The notes under the pieces: model-generated | What the model was told of the DNA's origin: nothing | Database searches by the model: none | Seen by the model: the letters and a program-made list of their open reading frames with translations, nothing else | Made by a program: the position numbers and the translations under genes | Assembly (NCBI GenBank): GCA_963752475.1 | Contig: CAVVYR010000008.1 | Span: forward strand, 192,001-256,000 | DNA length: 64,000 bases | Direction of reading: 5' to 3' | Origin: an uncultured Chloroflexia bacterium | GTDB taxonomy: Bacteria; Chloroflexota; Limnocylindria; Limnocylindrales; CSP1-4 | Shown here: positions 39,235 to 49,539 of the stretch, piece after piece | Layout of the letters: every line of letters begins with the position of its first letter | Position numbering within the stretch: the first letter of the stretch is position 1

Positions 39235-42200
39235 CTATCCGCGCCCGGCCGTCCGGATCTTGGCCATCGTGGCGGCCGTTGGCACGAACCGGACCGCATC
39301 GAACGCGATGGTGCGACCGCTCGCGGGATCCTCACCGGTCTGGTCGGTGAGCTGCACGATGGGCGTCCGCGTCAGGCGGTGGACGCCAAGGGCGACCCAG
39401 CCTCCGCGGCGCTTCGACTGATCGCGCACGCGCGTGACCCAGCCGTCGGCGGTCTTGATCTTGTAGGCCGCCTTCTGTGACGTGGCATGCGGGCCCGGGA
39501 TGTAGACCTGGACCGCATACGCGCCCGCCACCGGCAGTTGCGGCCGCCAAGTGGCCGAGTGCGCTTCGACGTTGTTGCGCACCGGCACGTACCAGTGGTT
39601 CGAGGCGAGCCCTGCCGGGCCACGCTGCCAGCCGGTGCCGAAGCGCTTGAAGCCACCGTCGAGGTCATCGACGCGGACGATCGAGCCAGACATCTCGGTC
39701 TGGAGTCGCGGCGGAGCCGGCTCCGGTGTCGCCTTGGGCGCTGGTCGTGGCGTGGGTGCGGCCTTGGGCTTCGGCTTGGGTTGCGCCGTGGGCGACAGCC
39801 CGGACTCGGTCGACAGCTCGGGTTCGGCTTCCCCGGCAGGCGCCAGCTGCGTCGGCGCAGGCGCAGGCGTCGCGGTGGGCTGCGGTGTCGTGGTGGGCTG
39901 CGTCGCCGCAGGCTCGAGTGTCGGCTTGGGCGTGGGCTCTGGCGTTTGCGTAGGCGTCGGCCCTGGTGTCTGCGTGGGCGCGGGCGTTGGTGTGGGCGCC
40001 GCGGTGGGCTCGGGCTGTCGGTGTGGGCGCGGGCGTTGGTGTGGGCGCCGCGGTGGGCTCGGGCGTCGGTGTGGGCGCGGGCGTTGGTGTGGGCGCCGCG
40101 GTGGGCTTGGGTGTCGGTGTGCGCATCGGCTCCGCGACGGCCGTGGGCTCCGCAGTCGGAGTCGGCACGACATCGGGCTCGGCCGTGGCCTGCAGCTCAG
40201 GTGTCGAGGTCGGCTTGGGCTCGGGCGTCGGGGTCGCCGTGGGCTCGAGCTCCGCCAGCGGTGGAGCAGTCGGCTGCGGCGTAGGAGTGGATGTGGGCGC
40301 GGCCTCCGGCGCCTGCGAAGGCTCGGGCGACTCCGATGGCGTTGCCGGCGCTGCCACAGCGGCATCAGGGGTCTGTGTCGGCTCGGGCGTGGACTCAGTC
40401 AGGGGCGATGTCGTGGCTGCGGAGGTCGCGGAGGGTTGCACGGTCGGAGCGGATGTGGGCTCGGGTGTGGTGACCGCCTCCGAGACGCTGGCGGTCGACA
40501 GTGCCGGGAACGGGCCTACGGGCACGAACCTCATGGCATCGAAGGCGACCTTGCGGCCCGACTTGCCCGGCTCGCGGGTCTTGTCGGTGAGGCGCACGAC
40601 GGGACGCGCCGCAAGTGAGTGGACGCCGAGGTTGACCCATCGGCCACGCGTCTTGCGCTGGTTGCGTACGCGTGTGACCCAGCCGTCGGTGGTCCTGATC
40701 TGATACCTCGCTCGCTTGGTGCTGGCATAGCCGGGGACCTTCGCCAGGATCCGGTAGCGCCCGGCCGCATCGAGCACGGGCCTCCATAGCCCCAGCCGCT
40801 TGACCGAGGACTTGCGCACCGGCGCCCACAGCGAGCGCGTGGCGTACCCGGCCCTCTTGGCCCTCCAGCCGGCCCCCTTTCGAACGAAACGGCTGGACTT
40901 GTCATCCACGATCACCGTCGAGGGAACGACCGGTGCCGTCGTCGGCGGGGAGGTCGGTGTCGGAGTCGGTGTGGGCGCGGGGCCGAGGCTGAGCGTGTAG
41001 CCGACTGCGGTCCCGGGCAGGACGGGCGTGCCCTTGGCAGGATCCTGGCCGATGACCGTCTCTGCAGGCGCTGCGTCATGGGTCGAGTCGACGGGGCCCT
41101 TGGTCAGGCCGGCACCAGCGATAGCCAGGTCCGCGTCGATCTCGGTCAGCGTTTCGAGGTCCGGCACAAGAACCGGCTCGGCGCCCAGGCTCAGCACGTA
41201 GTCCACCGCCGAGCCGGTGATCACGCTGGTGTCGGGAGGCGTGCCCTGGCTGATGATGGTGCCGGCGGAGGCTGTGGCGTGGTATTCGGTCGTCTCGGTG
41301 CCGAGCCGGAGCGTGAGCGGCGTGAGCGCGGCAGTGGCGGCGCTCGTGGTCAGGCCCGTGAGGTCGGGCACCCGCGGCTGTCCGAGGCTCAGGGTGTAGC
41401 CGACGGCGTCGCCGGGCCCGAGGTCGGTGCCGGCGGCGGGGTCTTGGCTGGCGACCAGGCCCACGGCGAAGGAGTCGTCGTACGCGTCGGAGACGGAGCC
41501 GACGGTGAGGCCGAGGTCGGTGATCGCCGTGTCGGCCGCTGACGCCGTCCCGCCCACGACGCCTGGCGCGGTGATGGGGCCGTCCGAGAGGACGTAGTCG
41601 ATGGGCGTGGCGGTGGGAACGGTCGTGCCGGGTTCGGTGCCCTGGCTGATGACCGAGCCCTGGGGCACCGTCCTGTGGTGCTCGCTGGAGACGCTGCCGA
41701 CGGTGAGTGAAGCGTCGGCCAGAGCGCTGTTGGCGGCGGCCTCGGTGAGGTCGATGAGATCCGGCACCTGCGGCTGGCCCAGGCTGAGCACGTAGGAGAC
41801 GGGATCGCCGGTCACCAGGCCGGTCCCTGCGATCGGGTCCTGGCTGATGACGAGGCCGGCGTCGACGATGTCGCTGTAGGTGGACGTGACCGTGCCCACG
41901 GTCAGCCCGAGGCCGGTGATGGCGGCGTTGGCGATGGCCTGCGGATCACCCTCGATGTCCGGGGTCACGATCGGACCGTCGCTCAGGACGTAGTCGACCG
42001 GTATGCCGGTGTTCACCTCGGTGCCGACGGGCGTGCCCTGGCTGATCACCGAACCCGCTGGAACGGACGTGCTGACCTCGCTCGTGACGGAGCCGGGTAT
42101 GAGGGTGACGTCGGCGAGCGCGTCGATGGCGTCCGTCGCGGTCATGCCGGTGATGTCGGGCACCCTCGGCCTGCCCAGGCTCAGGATGTAGGCGACGCTG

Positions 42201-44990
42201 CTGTCGGTCAGGACCTCGGTGTCGGCGACCGGTGTAGAGCTGATGACGAGGTCCTTGGCCACGGAGTCGCTGTAGGCGCTCGTGACGTTGCCCGGGTGGA
42301 GCGTGACGTCGGCGAGGGCCGCGTCGGCGAGCGGCCGCGGTCAGGCCGGTGATGTCGGGCACCTCCGGCCGGCCCAGGCTCAGGACGTAGTCGACCTCGC
42401 TACCGACTCCGACCGGCGTGCCGGCGATCGGCAGGGAGCTGACCACGAGGTCCTCGGCGGTGTCGTCGTCGTAGGCGCTCGTGGCGTTGCCCGGGTGGAG
42501 CGTGACGTCGGCGAGGGCCGCGTCGGCGAGGGCCGCGGTCATGCCGGTGATGTCGGGCACCTCCGGCCGGCCCAGGCTCAGCACGTAGTCGACGAGGTCA
42601 CCGGACCCGAGAGGCGTGCCGGCGGCGGGATCCTGGTCGAAGACGAGCCCAGAGGCCACATCGTCGTCGTAGGCGCTCGTGACCTCGTCGACGATGAGGT
42701 CGGCCGTACCGATGGCAGCGTCGGCCTGCGTGGCGTTCATGCCGGAGAGGTTGGGCATCACCGTCGGGCCCAGGCTGACGACGTAGCTCACGGTCGCGCC
42801 AGTGGGGACGGTCGTGCCAGTGGGTGTGCCCTGGCTGATGACCTCGTCGAGTGGGACCGTGGCGTGGTAGACGGTCGAAGCGGAGCCCACAAGGGTCATC
42901 GAGCTGAGAGCGGCTTCCGCAGCTGTGTCGGTGAGGCCGACGAGGTTCGGCACGATGGGCTGGCCCAGGCTCTTGGTGTAGCCGACGGGGTCGTCGGGCC
43001 CGAGGTGGGTGCCGGCCACGGGAACCTGGCTGATGACGTCGTCGAGATCGATGGTGTCGGAGTATTCGGTGAGGACCGAGCCGACGGTCAGGCCGGCGCC
43101 GGTGATGACGGCATCGGCAGCCGTGCTCGAGAGCCCGACGATGTTCGGGGCGTCGATGGGCCCGAGCGAGACGACATAGCTGATCGGCGTGCTGGTATCC
43201 ACGGTGGAGCCAGCGGGCGTGCCCTGGCTGATGACCTCGTCGAGCGGGACGGTGGCGTGGTACTCGCTGCTGGGCGAACCGACGAGCATGGCGTCGTTGA
43301 GAGCGGACTCAGCGGCCGTGCTGGTCAGGCCCACGAGGTTGGGCACGGTGGGCCGGCCGAGGCTGAGGACGTAGTTGACCCGATCGTCGGCATCGAGGCC
43401 GGTGCCAGGTCTCGGCGACTGGCTGATGACGTCGCCGGCGGCGACCGTGTCGTGGTAGACAGAGGTCACCGTGCCGACAGTGAGCCCGAGATCGGTGATG
43501 GTCGTGTTCGCGTCGGCCTGGGTCTCGCCCACGATGTCGGGCGTGGGGATGGGACCGCCGCAGAGCGCGAGCAATGCCGGGATGTCGAGATGACCACCGG
43601 TGACCGTGGTGCTGGTGAGGTCCGAGTTCGAGGCCACGGAGCTCATGACGTGGCTGCGGATCTCGCTCGCGGTGAGCGTCGGGCCCACCGTCTTGCACAA
43701 CGCGATGGCGCCGGCCACATGCGGAGCCGCCATGCTCGTGCCGCTCATCCACCCATAGGTGTCGGTCGGCGTGGTGCTCACGATGCCCGAGCCCGGGGCC
43801 GCCAGATCCACGTTGGTGGCGCTGTAGTTGGAGTCGGTGCCAGCGTTGGCAGCGGTCGCGAGCTCACCCCCGGACGTCATGTTGGCGACGGAGATGATGC
43901 AGTCCCAACCCCGCGCTCCACCGGCGGCGGTCCGATCGCACTCGGAGGCAGCTGGATACTCCGGATCTGCACCATCGCTGATGTCGTTGCCGCTGTTGCC
44001 AGCCGCGGCGACGAACAGGATGCCGGCATCACCGGCCCGCTCGATGGCATCCACCAGGTCGGGGTCGTCGACCGGACCGGTCCAGCTGTTGTTCGTGGCC
44101 ACGATGTCGAGTCCGTAGCGTGACTTCAGATCGGTGACGTAGTCGATCGCCCTGACAGCGTCGCTGTATGAGCCGAACTGGCCGTGGATGAACTTGGCCG
44201 AGATCAAGGTCACGTTCCAGTCGACGCCGGCCACACCGGTGCCATTGCCGCCCTTGGCCCCAACGGTGCCGGCGACGTGCGAGCCATGGGAGTCGGTGCT
44301 GGCACTGTCGAACACGATGCCGTCGTCGTTGTAGAAGTCGTAGCCGTTGACGTCGTCGACATAGCCGTTGCCATCGTCATCGATAAGGTTGCCGGGGATC
44401 TCGCCCGGGTTCGTCCAGATGTTCGCGGCCAGGTCCGGGTGATCGACCTGGATCCCCTGGTCGATGATCCCGATGACCACGTCGCTCGAGCCCGTGTGGC
44501 CCGCGGCCCAGGCTTCGCCAGCACCACTGCCGTAGGTCTGCGGCGGGGAGGTCGAATCCCCGTGCATACCCCAAAGGCTGCCGTTCGTGTAGTAGGGGTC
44601 GTTCGAGTCCGCCGCGACGCGGATCAGGTAGTCGGGCCGAACGAGAGCCACACCGGGCTGAGACCCGATCTCTTCCAGCGCAGCGGCCATGGACTGCCCG
44701 GGCGCCAGCTCCACCACCACGCTGCCTGAGGCCTTGGGTGAGAGGCGCCGCACCGACTTGCTCTTGACGCCACGGACGGCCGCTGACTTCTTCGACACCG
44801 AAGCACTCTTCTTGTACGTGACGATGACCCGACCCGGCACGTGCGCTTGGGCCAGCTTGGCGGTGATGGCGGGGTCCTGAGCGGCTGCCACGACTGCGCT
44901 CGGGAGCAGGCTCGCGATCAGTACCAGGGCAGCGACGATCGCCACGAGCGAAGTGCGAGCATAGCGAAGCGGCGATGGCTGTTGATGCAT
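39235..44990 (-). CDS. Large secreted S8 subtilisin-like peptidase with 13 PASTA repeats, Pro/Thr linkers and two basic beta-sandwich (golvesin/xanthan-lyase C-terminal-like) domains; two single-base frameshifts as sequenced
   Basis: Signal peptide; triad IIDQG / HGSHVAG / GTSMAAPHV; 13 ~66-aa P.l.G...VISQ.P..G...YVLSLG units; extra bases near 42332 and 40017 join three ORFs. Confidence 0.88.
39974..40120. repeat. 48-bp tandem repeat (about 3 copies) encoding PTPTPEPTAAPTPTPA
   Basis: GTGGGCGCGGGCGTTGGTGTGGGCGCCGCGGTGGGCT recurs at about 39974, 40023 and 40071. Confidence 0.85.
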
Positions 44991-45110
44991 CACAGAAAAC
45001 AGTATCTCCGCACCGATGATTGCGCCATAGATGACGTTCCGCTGGTGGTGCGTAGCCGCATCGGGTCAGCGCTCCGTGCACGCGCTCCGATCTTGTCCTA
45101 GCGTCACCCT

Positions 45111-46196
45111 ATGAGCACTGCGGCCCCACCCTCGCAGCCGGGCTTCGCCCAACGCGCTCTCGAAGGCGGCATCCGACGCTTCAAGCGGCTGCTGATGCGG
45201 CGCATCCTGGTGCCCACGTGGAAGCTCGAGGACGACCTCGCAGCGCGGCCCGGCGGCGTCCACGCGAACGAGCGGTCCCCCAGGCGCATCGAGATCGTGA
45301 CCGAGTCGATGGAGGTCGAGGGTCTGCATCGGCCGATGCCCGGCTTCCCCCGCTCCCTCCCGCACGTGCTCTCGAGCGCGCGCAACATCGCCGCCTCGCT
45401 CTCGGAGGTCGACGATAACCCGGCCGACCCCCGTACGACCATGACGGACGCGGAGCGCGCCGAGCTCGAGGCCTTCATCCGCTCGACCGCGGTCGACACG
45501 TTCGGCTACACCACGGTCCCGCCGGAGCTCGTCTTCGAGGGCAAAGCCGTGCTCCACCCGAACGCGATCGTGCTCACGATGGAGATGGACAGGGCGCGCA
45601 TGGACACCTCACCCAGTCCCGATTCGGCGGTGATGGTGCACGAGACGTACGACCGGCTGGGCATCGCCGCCAACGAGATCGCCCGCCACCTGCGAAGCCT
45701 GGGCTACTCGGCGCAGGCCGGGCATCCGCTGGGCGGCCTCACGCTCTACCCGCCGCTGGCACAGGCGGCCGGCCTTGGCCGGCAGGGCATGCACGGACTG
45801 CTCATCACGCCTGAGTTCGGACCGCGTGTCCGGCTCGCGGCGGTCTTCACCAGCATCGAGGACCTGCCCGGCAGCACCGCCGACGAGCACGCCTGGATCG
45901 AGGACTTCTGCCGAGAGTGCGTCAAGTGCGTGCGCCAGTGCCCGCCGCAGGCCATCAGCACCGAGCCCATCCGCCACGAGAGCGGCCGCACGACCTGGAT
46001 CGAGTCAGAGCGTTGTCTGCCCTACTTCGTGCGCAACAACGGCTGTTCCATCTGTATCGCGGTCTGCCCCTTCCACCAGCGCGACTACGACTGGCTGCGT
46101 GAACGCTGGGAGCGCCACAGCGCGCGCGCGGCAGAGCTTCGTGCCGACCCGCCGCGGGACTTTCCCGATCACCTTCGCACCCCGCCGCTATCGTAG
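45111..46196 (+). CDS. Reductive-dehalogenase/QueG-like cobalamin-binding 2[4Fe-4S] protein
   Basis: AQAAGLGRQGMHGLLITPEFGPRVRLAAVFT, CRECVKCVRQCP, C-x9-CSICIAVCP. Confidence 0.82.
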   Translation: MSTAAPPSQPGFAQRALEGGIRRFKRLLMRRILVPTWKLEDDLAARPGGVHANERSPRRIEIVTESMEVEGLHRPMPGFPRSLPHVLSSARNIAASLSEVDDNPADPRTTMTDAERAELEAFIRSTAVDTFGYTTVPPELVFEGKAVLHPNAIVLTMEMDRARMDTSPSPDSAVMVHETYDRLGIAANEIARHLRSLGYSAQAGHPLGGLTLYPPLAQAAGLGRQGMHGLLITPEFGPRVRLAAVFTSIEDLPGSTADEHAWIEDFCRECVKCVRQCPPQAISTEPIRHESGRTTWIESERCLPYFVRNNGCSICIAVCPFHQRDYDWLRERWERHSARAAELRADPPRDFPDHLRTPPLS

Positions 46197-46205
46197 GCTC
46201 TGGAC

Positions 46206-46481
46206 ATGGCGAGCTATCGAGTGATGTCGTGGCGCGGCATCCCATCACAGGTCAAGGCCACCGACGACAACGGCGCCACCGTGTCGCAGATGCTTCCGCC
46301 GCCCTTCCAGCAGGAGATCGACCGCGTGGCCATGGCTGAAGGACTGGCCGACTCCGACGAGTACCTCGAAGCCTGGGCCTGGACCGAGGAGCTGTCCCGC
46401 GATGGCTCGGCCGAAGAGGTGGCCAAGGCCGTCGCCGAGGAGGTCGGTGAGGCCTGGCGCCAGGAGAACGGCCGAACCTAG
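46206..46481 (+). CDS. Small 'virulence factor' (Virulence_fact) family protein
   Basis: WRGIPSQV, FQQEIDRVAM, DEYLEAW. Confidence 0.8.
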   Translation: MASYRVMSWRGIPSQVKATDDNGATVSQMLPPPFQQEIDRVAMAEGLADSDEYLEAWAWTEELSRDGSAEEVAKAVAEEVGEAWRQENGRT

Positions 46482-47227
46482 CTCCGGTCCAGGCGTCCCG
46501 AAACCGAGACCGAGAGCTCCGACACCGACACATCCTGGGCCACGAAGCGCAGCTTGCTGCCGTCGGCCAGGGTCACCATCGCGGGCAGCAGGGTCACCGC
46601 CTGTTCTCCTGCGCCCCCGTTCGGCAGGTGATCGAAGAAGCGGCCGCAGGCGCCTTCGGCGAAGGGGCTCGTCTTCACGCCCTGCTCGCCGCTGGCGACG
46701 ACCGTTCCGGTCTCCGCATCCACGGCGAGGACATCATCGATCCAGCAGGTGCCGTTGGGGATGTCGAGCGGGCCGGCGAATGCGAGCAGGGTGCGCATGC
46801 GCGTCTCGTCGGGATACCAGTCGATGGTGACGTCCGAGTCGATGCCGGGCGTGGTGGGCGCCTCCGCCAGCATCTGGTCGGCGCCCAGCTCAAGGAAGTC
46901 GCGACCGAAGCGAGCGGTCCAGGTGGTTCCCGGCTCGAGGCACCCAGCGTAGCCGGGCGTAGCTGGCAGATGGCCACTGGTGATGTCGAGCCGCGACGGC
47001 GCCTGGTCGAGCTGCGGAGACGGGAACAGCGCCGGCCGCTCGGCGACGGCTTGGTCTACGGCCGCAGCCACGGACGCCCAGTCCTGGGCGGATAGCGAGC
47101 CAGGACCCACCTCCAGGCAGACGTCGGCGAACTGCTCCACCGGCGGACCTGCCGGGTCGGCCAGGACCGTGCCACAGGCCAGCACCGTCAGCAGACTGGC
47201 CGCCATCCCAGCACGGAGCGGCCTCAC
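46478..47227 (-). CDS. Secreted hypothetical protein (start uncertain)
   Basis: Signal-like N-terminus, four Cys in the mature part, overlaps both neighbours by 4 nt. Confidence 0.65.
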   Translation of the reverse strand: MRPLRAGMAASLLTVLACGTVLADPAGPPVEQFADVCLEVGPGSLSAQDWASVAAAVDQAVAERPALFPSPQLDQAPSRLDITSGHLPATPGYAGCLEPGTTWTARFGRDFLELGADQMLAEAPTTPGIDSDVTIDWYPDETRMRTLLAFAGPLDIPNGTCWIDDVLAVDAETGTVVASGEQGVKTSPFAEGACGRFFDHLPNGGAGEQAVTLLPAMVTLADGSKLRFVAQDVSVSELSVSVSGRLDRS

Positions 47228-47640
47228 TCGGGGATGTCGATCGAGAGCGTCCCCCCGCCATAGCCGTTGACCAGGTCCCGGCCCTCGACCGTGATGGTCC
47301 TGACCCCTTCGGGGATCTCCAACCCCGGCTGTGTGCGCGTGAAGGGCTGCTCGTTGGCGTGGTCGTGCATCAGCGTATGCGTCCCGAGTACGTTGTCTTC
47401 CTCGTCGAGCACACGCCAGCCATCGGCGTATCGCTCCGGGCTGTCATACGGCGACGAGATGCTCACGACCACGTCGTAGACGCGATCACCGCTCGAGACG
47501 AGCTGGACCCCGATGATCTCGGGGAAGCGATCAGGCGGCTCCATGTCGAGCTCCTCGCTGACGCCGAGGTAGAGGAGTTGGCAACCACTCACGGCCAGAA
47601 CGGCCAGGAGCGCGAGCGACAGGCGGACGATGACGGTCAT
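47224..47640 (-). CDS. Conserved hypothetical lipoprotein
   Basis: Lipobox VSGC; SSPYDSPERYADGWRV, HDHANEQPFTR. Confidence 0.8.
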   Translation of the reverse strand: MTVIVRLSLALLAVLAVSGCQLLYLGVSEELDMEPPDRFPEIIGVQLVSSGDRVYDVVVSISSPYDSPERYADGWRVLDEEDNVLGTHTLMHDHANEQPFTRTQPGLEIPEGVRTITVEGRDLVNGYGGGTLSIDIPE

Positions 47641-47702
47641 GAGGTCCTCATCGTACGGTTAGGGGCAAGCCCACTCAGAAAGCACCGCCCCGGAGGCACC
47701 CC

Positions 47703-48011
47703 ATGAGCGACATCCCAGCCGGCATCAAGGTCGAGTCCGTCTTCCTCGTCGAAGCGCAGTACACCGCCGAGGCCGCCGAGAAGCGCCCTGCCGTACGCGG
47801 CGAACACCTGTCCAACGTGGCGCGTCTGCGTGAGGAGGGTGTGATCATCGAGGCCGGGGCCTACAGCGACAAGTTGACCTCGTCGGTGCTGCTGGTGCGT
47901 GCCGACGATGCCGCGGCGGCCCTCGCGCTCGCCCGCCAGGACGTCTACGTCAAGGCCGGCGTGTGGGGCGATATCAGTGCCCGTCCCTTCGGCCGCGTCA
48001 CCTCGGAGTAG
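47703..48011 (+). CDS. YciI family protein
   Basis: RPAVRGEHL, AGAY, DVYVKAGVW; GGAGG RBS. Confidence 0.8.
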   Translation: MSDIPAGIKVESVFLVEAQYTAEAAEKRPAVRGEHLSNVARLREEGVIIEAGAYSDKLTSSVLLVRADDAAAALALARQDVYVKAGVWGDISARPFGRVTSE

Positions 48012-49088
48012 TCAGGCCGCCAGCTCGTAGTCCTCGGGCACCAGGGGGTAGTGCGAGAGCCGGTTCGCCTGCGGCGCCTTGCTGGGCACAGCTCGCATCC
48101 GGCTTTCGACCGGACGTCCGGCGACATCGCGGTTCGGCACCGCGTCCTCGGCCAGGCTGACGGCCAGCTCGCGGAAGAAGGGGTCGCCGGTCATCCGGCT
48201 GAGCAGCCGTAGCTGCCAGATGTGCACCTGGTGGTACTTGAAGTGCTTGGTTCGGCTGCGCAGGCCGTACAGGCTGACCTTGCCCTCGCGGCGATAGGCC
48301 TCTGCGCGGTCGCGGATCGTGGTGAGCGCGCCCTCGAGCAGATTGCGCGCCTCCGGTGAGCGCGTGTGCTGCCAGTACTCGTAGAGCCCGATGAGTGAGT
48401 GCAGGTGCGCGTTGAGGACGTGATTCGGGCGGCTGTTGGGATAGTGCTCGAGCCAGAGGTACCCGCCGTCCGCGACATAGGCGACCCAGGGCCGGTCGCC
48501 TCCGCCCTTGCGCCGCCCCAGCCGCTGATAGCTCTCGAAGAGGTGCTCTGCTGCCTCCAGGTGCGCGACGTCGCCCGTGACCCGGTGCAGACGGACGAAG
48601 AACGAGAGCGCGAGGCCCTGCGACATGGCGTTGTACCAGGGAGCGTTGAGGCCCTCGGGCGGGTAGTCGAACCAGAACGGCAGCCACCAGGCGTCGTCCT
48701 CCTCGATGACCATGTCGCGCAGGTGGTCCGCCTGCACCCGCGCCTGCTCCAGCTGCCGCCGGTCGCCCGTGTCTCGGAAGGCATCGATGCGTTTCATGCC
48801 GTTGATGGCCACCGAGCCCGGCCGGTAGTACAGCGCGCCGTCGATCCAGCGGAACAGGGCGATGCCCTTCTCGTCGACCGGCCGCGGCACGTCCAGCGCG
48901 GGCGGCTGGTCACCGGTCCACGGCAGCCGGTCGAACGGCAGGTCGACGAGGTCGAAGTGCCGGCGATGGTACGGCGCAGGCTCGTCCGGCTCGCTGGCGC
49001 GCCCGGGGGCAGACAGCGAGATCGTGCCGATGGTGGCGATCAGCAGCGCGAGGAGGAGCACAGGCGTACGCACGCGTGGAACCGTCAT
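48012..49088 (-). CDS. Secreted D-glucuronyl C5-epimerase family protein
   Basis: Signal peptide; WYNAMSQGLALS, LEHYP, VLNAHLHSLIGLYEY, YHQVHIWQL. Confidence 0.82.
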   Translation of the reverse strand: MTVPRVRTPVLLLALLIATIGTISLSAPGRASEPDEPAPYHRRHFDLVDLPFDRLPWTGDQPPALDVPRPVDEKGIALFRWIDGALYYRPGSVAINGMKRIDAFRDTGDRRQLEQARVQADHLRDMVIEEDDAWWLPFWFDYPPEGLNAPWYNAMSQGLALSFFVRLHRVTGDVAHLEAAEHLFESYQRLGRRKGGGDRPWVAYVADGGYLWLEHYPNSRPNHVLNAHLHSLIGLYEYWQHTRSPEARNLLEGALTTIRDRAEAYRREGKVSLYGLRSRTKHFKYHQVHIWQLRLLSRMTGDPFFRELAVSLAEDAVPNRDVAGRPVESRMRAVPSKAPQANRLSHYPLVPEDYELAA

Positions 49089-49307
49089 CTCTCCTTCGGG
49101 CGGCACGGCACCGCACATTCGGCTCGAGCCTACCGCGAGCCCCGGATTCGCGCGACGAGGCCCGCTGCGGCCCCTCGTGATGGGCACCGTGCCCTGAGGT
49201 CGTCTGGGACACAGGCTCGCGTCTGGAGCTACCACGAGCACCAGAAGATGTATGTCGACGTCGTCGAGTGATCAGTAGCGACTCCGACTCCGCCGGCGCC
49301 GATGTAC

Positions 49308-49475
49308 CGGCGGGTGCCTGGATGGGGATCCAGGCTCCTTCCACCCGCTAGACAAGGGAACGCACCGAGGGCCCGGAGGAGAAGAGCTGGCCCTCGGCGC
49401 GTCTCCCAGAGGAGGGAGAGTGGTCGGAGCGCCCGAAGGCGCCGGAACGTGCCCGACCGCGTTGCCTCTTACTCA
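49308..49475 (-). ncRNA. Candidate small RNA or structured leader with three hairpins and C/U-rich loops
   Basis: Three consecutive stems with CTCTCCCTCCTCT linker, CTCTTCTCCTCC loop and CCCC loop; upstream GGAAC-N16-GTCT. Confidence 0.5.
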
Positions 49476-49480
49476 CATAG

Positions 49481-49505
49481 AGACCCCGAACGGCCGAATT
49501 GTTCC
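49481..49505 (-). promoter_or_regulatory. Putative ECF-sigma promoter
   Basis: Minus strand GGAAC-AATTCGGCCGTTCGGG-GTCT. Confidence 0.45.
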
Positions 49506-49539
49506 ATCGCGGGCGAGAATCGCCGTGCCGGCCACGTCG

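Noticed and set aside
49200-49271. Short coding-like stretch (..QARVWSYHEHQKMYVDVVE*) on +
   Set aside because: No credible start or RBS; at most a gene remnant
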